Source: Horticoccus luteus
GTDB lineage: Bacteria > Verrucomicrobiota > Verrucomicrobiia > Opitutales > Opitutaceae
Assembly (NCBI RefSeq): GCF_019464535.1
Contig: NZ_CP080507.1
Coordinates: 2,850,001 to 2,882,000 of the forward strand
Reading direction: 5' to 3'
Length of the DNA: 32,000 nt
Part shown: positions 26,350 through 32,000 of the stretch, piece by piece
Layout: the number at the start of each line of letters is the position of its first letter
How positions within the stretch are numbered: the stretch's first letter is position 1
Position numbers and translations under genes: made by a program
The notes under the pieces: generated by a model
The model's input: the letters and a program-made list of their open reading frames with translations, nothing else
Database searches by the model: none
What the model was told of the DNA's origin: nothing

Positions 26350-27930
26350 ATGAAACGTGCCTTCCTTCTCGCGAGCGCCCTGGCCCTCGCATGCTCCCTC
26401 GCTCGCGCCGACGAACCGGCCAAGCCCAACGACGACAAAACCCCTCCGCCCGAGGAAGTGTTCAAACCCGAGGACGTCGTCACTCAGGGCGCCATCGCCG
26501 GAATCAATTACGAAGCGCACGCCGGCACTCTCGTCGTTCATCCCGGCAATTGGGACGACGTGAAGGACAAAGAGAACAAGGACAACGCCACCGCCGTCGC
26601 CTCGATGTTCTACGTCGCCTACTTCAAGAAAGGCGCTGCGGCGACCGAGCGCCCGGTCACGTTTTTCTATAACGGCGGCCCCGGCTCCTCGACCGTCTGG
26701 CTGCACATGGGCTCCTTTGGTCCGAAACGCGTCATCACTGCCGACGACACGCATACGCCCGCCGCCCCGTATCAAGTCATCGACAACGACTCCACGCTCC
26801 TCGACGCCAGCGACCTCGTCTTCATCGACGCCCCCGGCACCGGCTTCAGCCGCATCGCCGGCAAGGATAAGTTCAAGGCCTTCTACGGCGTCGACCAGGA
26901 TGCCTACGCCTTCTCGCAATTCATCCAGCAGTTCCTCACGAAATACGGCCGCTGGAACTCCCCGAAATTTCTCTTCGGCGAAAGCTACGGCACGCCCCGC
27001 TCCGCCGTGCTCGTCAACCTGCTCCAGTCCGCCAGCGTCGACTTTAACGGCGTCATCCTCCTCTCGCAGATCCTCAATTTCGATCTCTTCGACGACATCC
27101 CCGATTTCAACCCCGGCGTCGATCTGCCTTACCAAGTCTCACTCCCGACTTACGCCGCCACCGCTTGGTATCACCACAAACTCCCGGGCCAGCGCCCCGC
27201 CGACTTGCCGAAGTTTCTCCAGGAAGTGGAGCACTTCGCCATGAACGACTATGCGCTCGCCCTCCTCGCCGGCGCCTCCCTCCCCGACGATCAACGCCAC
27301 GCCATCGCCGAGAAACTCCACGCCTACACCGGCCTCTCCGTCGCTTACATCCTCAAGGCCAACCTCCGCGTCGGTGGCGGCGAATTCGAAAAAAATCTCC
27401 AGGACGACGCCAACCTCACCACCGGCCGTCTCGACTCCCGCTTTTCCGGCCCAACCCTCGACCCGTTGAGCAAATCCGCCGATTACGACCCGCAAAGCGC
27501 GGCCATCTCCTCCGCCTATGTCTCGGCCTTCAACGACTACGTGCGCCGCACCCTCAACTACGGCCACGACCGACAGTTCAAACCCATGATCCCCGTCTTC
27601 AGCCATTGGGAGTTCAAGCATCACCAGCCCGGCGCCGATTTCGCGTCCCTCGGCATCACCAATGTCCTGCCCGATCTCGCCACCGCGATGAAGACCAACA
27701 CCAACCTCAAAATCCTCCTCCTTGGCGGATATTTTGACGTGGCGACGCCCTACTTCCAAGGCGTTTACGAAATGCGCCACCTGCCGATACCTCAGAACCT
27801 GCAAGCCAACATCTCGTATCACTACTACCAGTCCGGCCACATGGTTTACGCGAACGCGGACGCCCTCAAACAAATGCACCGCGACGTCGCCGCGTTCATC
27901 CACTCCACCGACAACGTCTCGCGGAAGTAA
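26350..27930 (+). CDS. Secreted peptidase S10 (serine carboxypeptidase) family protein, 526 aa
   Basis: The signal peptide is MKRAFLLASALALACSLARA. FYNGGPGSSTVW, the catalytic-serine motif FGESYGT and a C-terminal SGHMVY (catalytic His region) are present. Confidence 0.8.
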   Translation: MKRAFLLASALALACSLARADEPAKPNDDKTPPPEEVFKPEDVVTQGAIAGINYEAHAGTLVVHPGNWDDVKDKENKDNATAVASMFYVAYFKKGAAATERPVTFFYNGGPGSSTVWLHMGSFGPKRVITADDTHTPAAPYQVIDNDSTLLDASDLVFIDAPGTGFSRIAGKDKFKAFYGVDQDAYAFSQFIQQFLTKYGRWNSPKFLFGESYGTPRSAVLVNLLQSASVDFNGVILLSQILNFDLFDDIPDFNPGVDLPYQVSLPTYAATAWYHHKLPGQRPADLPKFLQEVEHFAMNDYALALLAGASLPDDQRHAIAEKLHAYTGLSVAYILKANLRVGGGEFEKNLQDDANLTTGRLDSRFSGPTLDPLSKSADYDPQSAAISSAYVSAFNDYVRRTLNYGHDRQFKPMIPVFSHWEFKHHQPGADFASLGITNVLPDLATAMKTNTNLKILLLGGYFDVATPYFQGVYEMRHLPIPQNLQANISYHYYQSGHMVYANADALKQMHRDVAAFIHSTDNVSRK

Positions 27931-27952
27931 TCTCCCCCCGCGTATGCCCCGC

Positions 27953-27979
27953 GAGGCGCGCGACTCGTCCGCGCGCCTC
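27953..27979. terminator. Perfect 10-bp GC-rich hairpin between convergent genes (possible terminator, no U-tract)
   Basis: gaggcgcgcg-actcgtc-cgcgcgcctc forms 10 Watson-Crick pairs with a 7-nt loop. It lies 23 nt after the S10 peptidase stop. Confidence 0.45.
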
Positions 27980-28040
27980 CGTCGTTCCCATGTCTGCCCC
28001 GCGCGCGCACGCGCCGGCCGCCGCGGCGAATTCGCTTCGC

Positions 28041-29186
28041 TCAACCCGCCGTGCGCGCCGTCGCTCCCGCCTCGTAACGCGCGATCCAGGCGCGGCTCCA
28101 AGCCGCGTAATCCCCCGCTTCGATGTGCGCTCGCGCCTGGCTCACCAGATCGAGATAGAAATGCAGATTGTGCAGCGTCAGCAGCGTGCAACTGACGATC
28201 TCTCCGGCGATCGTCACATGCCGCAGATATGCGCGCGAAAACTGCGTCGTGTAGTTGACGATCTCTTCGCTGATCGGCCGCGCATCCGTGCGAAACCGCT
28301 CGTTGCGCAAGTTCATCGGCCCGTCCGGCGTAAACACCAGACCGTTGCGCGCCACCCGCGATGGCAGCACGCAGTCAAACATGTCCACGCCCAGCGCGAT
28401 CATCTTCAGAATCTGCGGCGGCGTGCCCAGCCCCATCGTGTAACGCGGCTTGTCCGCCGGCAGAAACGGCGTCGTCGCGCCCACCTGTTTCAACATCTCC
28501 GGCTCCGGTTCGCCCACGCTCACGCCGCCCACGGCGTAACCCGGAAAATCCAGCGCGCTTAACGCCTCCGCCGCTTCCCGCCTCAAGTCGTCGAACGTCG
28601 AGCCCTGTGCGATCGCGAACACATGATGTCCGGCCGCGAGGAATCCGCTCTCCGTCGCGATTTCCCGGCATTGCTTCGCCCACCGCAACGACCGCTCGCA
28701 CGCCCGCGCACACGCATCGCGCTCGCACGGCCACGGCGGACACTCATCGATCACCATCGCGATGTCGCTCCCGAGATTTTGCTGGATGCCCATCACCTCG
28801 CGGGGCCCGAGAAAAAGTTTCGTGCCGTCGAGATGCGATTGAAACGCCACGCCGTCCTCCCGGATGTCGCGCAGCTTCGCCAAGGAAAATACCTGAAACC
28901 CGCCGCTGTCCGTCAGGATGGGCCCGTTCCAACCCATGAACGCGTGCAACCCGCCGAGGTCGCGAATCAACTCCGAGCCCGGCCGCAGGTTGAGATGATA
29001 GGTGTTGCCCAGGATGATCTGCGCGCCGATCTCGTGCAGATGCGCCGGTGTGAGCGACTTGACCGTGCCCTGCGTGCCGACCGGCATGAAGATCGGCGTT
29101 TCAATCACGCCATGCCGCGTGCGCAACCGCCCGCGGCGCGCCGCGGTGGCGGTATCCGTTTTCAAAAGCTGGAAGTGACTGGGCAT
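28041..29186 (-). CDS. tgt: tRNA-guanine transglycosylase (queuine tRNA-ribosyltransferase) Tgt, 381 aa, with an atypical zinc-site region
   Basis: ETPIFMPVGTQGTVK, LGNTYHL, LTDSGGFQ, IDECP, GGVSVGEP, MGLGTP and GVDMFDCVLPSR are present. However, the segment normally reading E-C-x-C-Y-T-C-x-x-Y-S-R-A-Y-L reads EEIVNYTTQFSRAYL. Start is the ATG at 29186 (MPSHFQLL). Confidence 0.92.
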   Translation of the reverse strand: MPSHFQLLKTDTATAARRGRLRTRHGVIETPIFMPVGTQGTVKSLTPAHLHEIGAQIILGNTYHLNLRPGSELIRDLGGLHAFMGWNGPILTDSGGFQVFSLAKLRDIREDGVAFQSHLDGTKLFLGPREVMGIQQNLGSDIAMVIDECPPWPCERDACARACERSLRWAKQCREIATESGFLAAGHHVFAIAQGSTFDDLRREAAEALSALDFPGYAVGGVSVGEPEPEMLKQVGATTPFLPADKPRYTMGLGTPPQILKMIALGVDMFDCVLPSRVARNGLVFTPDGPMNLRNERFRTDARPISEEIVNYTTQFSRAYLRHVTIAGEIVSCTLLTLHNLHFYLDLVSQARAHIEAGDYAAWSRAWIARYEAGATARTAG

Positions 29187-29377
29187 CGCAATGCCCAACC
29201 TGCCGGACCGCCGCCCCCGCGGTCAATCCTCGCCACCGCCGGAAATTCACCCGCCGTCGTTCGCCGCCAGCAGCGAATTAAGGACTGGGCCGGTCGCCCT
29301 CCACGGACGTCGCCCAGGACTCGCAAGCGCCGCGCTTGACCCGCCGCTCAATCCGCGAGCTAGTTACCGTCACTCCC

Positions 29378-29944
29378 GTGCTCCTCGTCATCGACAATTT
29401 CGACTCCTTCACCTTCAACCTCGTCCAATATTTCGGCCAGTTGGGCGTGGAGCAACGCGTGTTTCGCAACAACGAGATCACGCCCGCTGAAGCGCTCGCG
29501 CTCAATCCCGACCGCGTCCTCATTTCCCCGGGCCCCTGCTCGCCCGCCGAAGCCGGTGTCTCGCTCGACATGATCGCCGCGTTCGCCGGCCGGAAGCCCA
29601 TCTTCGGCGTCTGCCTCGGCCACCAATCCGTCGGTCACTACTTCGGCGGCAAAGTCGTGCGGGCGGGCCGCCTCATGCACGGCAAGACCTCCCCCATCCT
29701 CCATCGCGACACCGATCTTTTCCACGGCCTCCCGCAGGGTTTTGCCGCCACGCGCTATCACTCCCTCCTGATCGAACGCGCCACCTTTCCCGACTGCCTC
29801 GAAATCACCGCCGAAACCGCCGAGGGTGAAATCATGGGCCTGCGCCACAAGACGCTTCCGATCTGGGGCGTGCAGTTCCATCCCGAAAGCATCGCCACCG
29901 ACAACGGCATGCGCATCCTGGAAAATTTCCTGCAACTGAACTGA
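29378..29944 (+). CDS. trpG: Glutamine amidotransferase component II of anthranilate/aminodeoxychorismate synthase (TrpG/PabA), ~188 aa
   Basis: [18 protein letters not shown], the catalytic GVCLGHQ and FHPES are present. GTG at 29378 gives the canonical N-terminus; the TTG at 29336 in the track is an alternative. Confidence 0.88.
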   Translation: MLLVIDNFDSFTFNLVQYFGQLGVEQRVFRNNEITPAEALALNPDRVLISPGPCSPAEAGVSLDMIAAFAGRKPIFGVCLGHQSVGHYFGGKVVRAGRLMHGKTSPILHRDTDLFHGLPQGFAATRYHSLLIERATFPDCLEITAETAEGEIMGLRHKTLPIWGVQFHPESIATDNGMRILENFLQLN

Positions 29945-30032
29945 AGCGCCGCGCCCGAACCCGTGCGCCCGCTCCCGGCCGCCGCCGTTCCCTTTGCCAT
30001 CGGAGCGAATCTCCGTTCTCTTTGTTTTATCT

Positions 30033-30491
30033 ATGCGCTGTCCCAAGTGCACTTCCATCGAAGACAAGGTTGTCGACTCCCGCATCAGCAAGGAGGGCAA
30101 CACCATTCGCCGCCGCCGCGAATGCCTCGAATGCGGCCACCGGTTCACCACGACTGAAACCCTCGTGCGTGACGGCCTGATCGTCATCAAGCGCGACGGC
30201 CGCCGCGAGGATTTCGACCCGGAGAAAATCACGCGCTCCGTGCGCGTCGCCTGCCACAAACGCCCGATCGACGTCGAACAGATCTCCATGCTCGTCGAAG
30301 ACGTCATCGACGTGCTCGAGGCGCAGTTCGAAGGCGAAATCCCCTCCAGCGCCATCGGTGAAGGCGTCATGCAACGCCTCCGCCACGTCGACCAGGTCGC
30401 CTACGTGCGCTTCGCCAGCGTGTATAAAGAGTTTCGCGACGTCTCCGGTTTCATGCACGAAATCAGCGCGCTCGAGAAACCCAAACCATGA
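30033..30491 (+). CDS. nrdR: Transcriptional repressor NrdR (zinc ribbon + ATP-cone), 152 aa
   Basis: MRCPKCTSIEDKVVDSR...RRRRECLECGHRFTTTE (CxxC...CxxC) is followed by an ATP-cone (VIKRDGRREDFDPEKI...VAYVRFASVYKEF). Confidence 0.93.
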   Translation: MRCPKCTSIEDKVVDSRISKEGNTIRRRRECLECGHRFTTTETLVRDGLIVIKRDGRREDFDPEKITRSVRVACHKRPIDVEQISMLVEDVIDVLEAQFEGEIPSSAIGEGVMQRLRHVDQVAYVRFASVYKEFRDVSGFMHEISALEKPKP

Positions 30492-30994
30492 GCCGCGAGC
30501 GCGACGACGACCTGCGTCGCCTCCACTTCATCAACGCCCTTTTCGCGAGCGTCACGGGCCACGACCTCTATCTCGCCCAGCAGATCAAGGCCGCGATCAC
30601 GTTCAGTCTCGGCGAACTCGAAACACAGGTTGCCACCCAACCTGAACTCGCCGCCCAGTTCGACAGCGCCTTCAACGCCGCCGCCGCCCGCCTGCTCTCC
30701 ACGTTTTTCGCGGGCCAGCCCGATCACGGCTTTGTCCACTGGGATGCCGCGCGCACGCTGACCTCGGCCACACCGCTCTTCGCCCGCGCCGAACTGCTGG
30801 CCGCGTTGAAAACGCTCGCGCCCTTTTCCCATTCCACGCTGCTCATCACCAATCTCCGCCCGGCCTTGATTCCGCCTGAGAAACGCGCCACCGCCCGCCG
30901 GCTGCAAGACTACGACGACGCCCTCGCCTTCATCCGCCAGTTCGCCGCCGCACGCGTCACCCGGCACGCCAATCTCCAACTCCTGTTTCTGTAG
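30488..30994 (+). CDS. Hypothetical protein, 168 aa, translationally coupled to nrdR
   Basis: The ATG overlaps the nrdR stop (ATGA at 30488-30491). The frame shows strong G/C third-position bias and a helical-looking, soluble composition. No family recognised. The 192-aa antisense ORF is Gly/Arg/Ala-rich. Confidence 0.6.
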   Translation: MSRERDDDLRRLHFINALFASVTGHDLYLAQQIKAAITFSLGELETQVATQPELAAQFDSAFNAAAARLLSTFFAGQPDHGFVHWDAARTLTSATPLFARAELLAALKTLAPFSHSTLLITNLRPALIPPEKRATARRLQDYDDALAFIRQFAAARVTRHANLQLLFL

Positions 30995-31029
30995 TTTTCC
31001 TCCCGCCGCTTTCGCCTCAACCTGCCGCC

Positions 31030-31368
31030 ATGCCCACGCTCTTCGAACGCATCGCCGCCCGCGAAATCCCCGCCAAAATCGAATACGAAGACGATCTCTG
31101 CTTCGCGATCCACGACATCCAGCCGCAAGCCCCGGTCCATCTCCTTATCATCCCGAAACGCGTCATCGCGCGCGTCGGTGCCGCCACTCCGGCCGATGAA
31201 TCCGTCCTCGGACATCTGCTCGTCGTCGCCGGCCAGCTCGCGAAAAAACTTTCCCTCACCGCCGGCTTTCGCCTCGTCATCAACCACGGCCCGCACGCCT
31301 GCGAGTCGGTGCCGCATCTCCACGTGCACCTCCTCGCCGGCCGGCAGATGACGTGGCCCCCGGGCTGA
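31030..31368 (+). CDS. HIT-family (histidine triad nucleotide-binding, HinT-like) protein, 112 aa
   Basis: MPTLFERIAAREIPAKIEYEDD, APVHLLIIPK and the histidine triad VPHLHVHLL are present. Confidence 0.9.
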   Translation: MPTLFERIAAREIPAKIEYEDDLCFAIHDIQPQAPVHLLIIPKRVIARVGAATPADESVLGHLLVVAGQLAKKLSLTAGFRLVINHGPHACESVPHLHVHLLAGRQMTWPPG

Positions 31369-32000
31369 TCGCGCCTGCCGCCGCCGCATGCCGCCCGCGA
31401 TACGCGCGCGGCTCCATCGCGGTGAACGCGCGAAACACCCGCGCGAAATACTGGCTGGAACTGAAGCCCGTCGCAAACGCCACCTCCGTCACCGTGGCCG
31501 CCGACTCCCGCAACAACCGTTTCGCCTGCTCGGTCCGCAACCGGTTCACCAACGTCAGCGGGCTGTCACCCGTGATCTTGCGGCACAACGTCGCAAACCG
31601 CGAACGCCCGAGTCCGCACGCCGCCGCCATCGCTTGCAGTGTCCACGCCGTGTCCACCCGCTCACCCAGACTCGCGATAAATTTCTGCACCCGCTCCTCC
31701 GCGCCCGCTGTCGCGCCCGCCGACTGCGCCGCGCGATCGATGCACCGCTCCAATTCCAGCACGACCAGCCGCGTCAGCGTGTTCACATAAACCTCGTCCG
31801 GCGGCCCGCCCACCGCGCCCGCCGTGAGTTCCGCCACGAGCGCGGGCAACAACCAGGCCATCCGCGCCGTCGCCGGAAAACAATGTCGCCCGGAACGCAC
31901 CAGCAACGCACTGAGCCTTCGCTCCCGTTCCGCACCGAGCCCGATTTCCCGCACCAGCCGAAACTGCCGGCGCGGCCGCCGGCTCGGCCCCGCGAGACGC
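31280..32000 (-). CDS. AraC-family transcriptional regulator (5' end outside the window)
   Basis: The C-terminal double HTH reads WTLQAMAAACGLGRSRFATLCRKITGDSPLTLVNRLRTEQAKRLL....VTEVAFATGFSSSQYFARVFRAFTAMEPRAYR. The frame stays open to the window edge upstream of the GTG at 31954. A ~45-aa Arg/Gly/Ala tail runs antisense into the HIT gene. Confidence 0.75.
   Translation of the reverse strand, partial: RLAGPSRRPRRQFRLVREIGLGAERERRLSALLVRSGRHCFPATARMAWLLPALVAELTAGAVGGPPDEVYVNTLTRLVVLELERCIDRAAQSAGATAGAEERVQKFIASLGERVDTAWTLQAMAAACGLGRSRFATLCRKITGDSPLTLVNRLRTEQAKRLLRESAATVTEVAFATGFSSSQYFARVFRAFTAMEPRAYRGRHAAAAGAISPGATSSAGRRGGARGDAAPTRRRAGRG

Noticed and set aside
28361-28939. 192-aa plus-strand and 122-aa minus-strand (other frame) ORFs inside tgt.
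   Set aside because: They are Arg/Pro/Ser/Ala-rich alternative frames of a gene with unambiguous Tgt motifs.
1-32000. Looked for CRISPR arrays, IS elements and transposases, integrases, phage genes, toxin-antitoxin pairs, reverse transcriptases (retron/DGR) and rRNA.
   Set aside because: There are no regularly spaced short repeats and no ORF with recognisable transposase, integrase, RT or phage motifs. The only repeats found are the intragenic module duplication and one 11-mer pair.

Overview
GC-rich (by eye about two-thirds G+C, with strong G/C bias at third codon positions in the real frames), densely coding bacterial chromosomal segment. I see no rRNA, CRISPR array, transposase, integrase or phage genes. 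The domain repertoire suggests a Verrucomicrobiota/Opitutales-like organism (low confidence): a secreted protein with repeated N-x-S-x-R beta-sandwich-type modules, an OprO/P-type porin heading the pst operon, and a bacterial S10 peptidase. Left to right: (i) a translationally coupled three-gene module of unknown function, made of the C-terminus of a large protein, a signal-anchored protein and a 766-aa secreted cadherin-like/tandem-module protein; (ii) tRNA-Gln(UUG); (iii) crcB plus a DUF190 gene (fluoride export); (iv) a small DUF3185-like membrane protein, an LcdH-like 3-hydroxyacyl-CoA dehydrogenase and a DUF218 protein; (v) a complete phosphate block, with DUF47-PiT on the plus strand converging on an eight-gene minus-strand operon (porin-pstS-pstC-pstA-pstB-phoU-phoB-phoR); (vi) a SulP/STAS transporter and a ClC/CBS channel; (vii) an SNF2 helicase, a DAG-kinase-family lipid kinase, UDP-glucuronate decarboxylase, an S10 peptidase, tgt, trpG/pabA, nrdR with a coupled unknown ORF, a HIT protein and a partial AraC regulator. 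Most of the window is ordinary core genome, and I cannot point to a clear new defence or mobile system. The best candidate for something undescribed is the truncated three-gene envelope module at 1-4040. The most concrete sequence-level oddity is a Tgt enzyme in which all three cysteines of the conserved CxCxxC zinc site are substituted. All family calls rest on motif recognition by eye, since no searches could be run. The many long antisense or out-of-frame ORFs in the track are high-GC artefacts.
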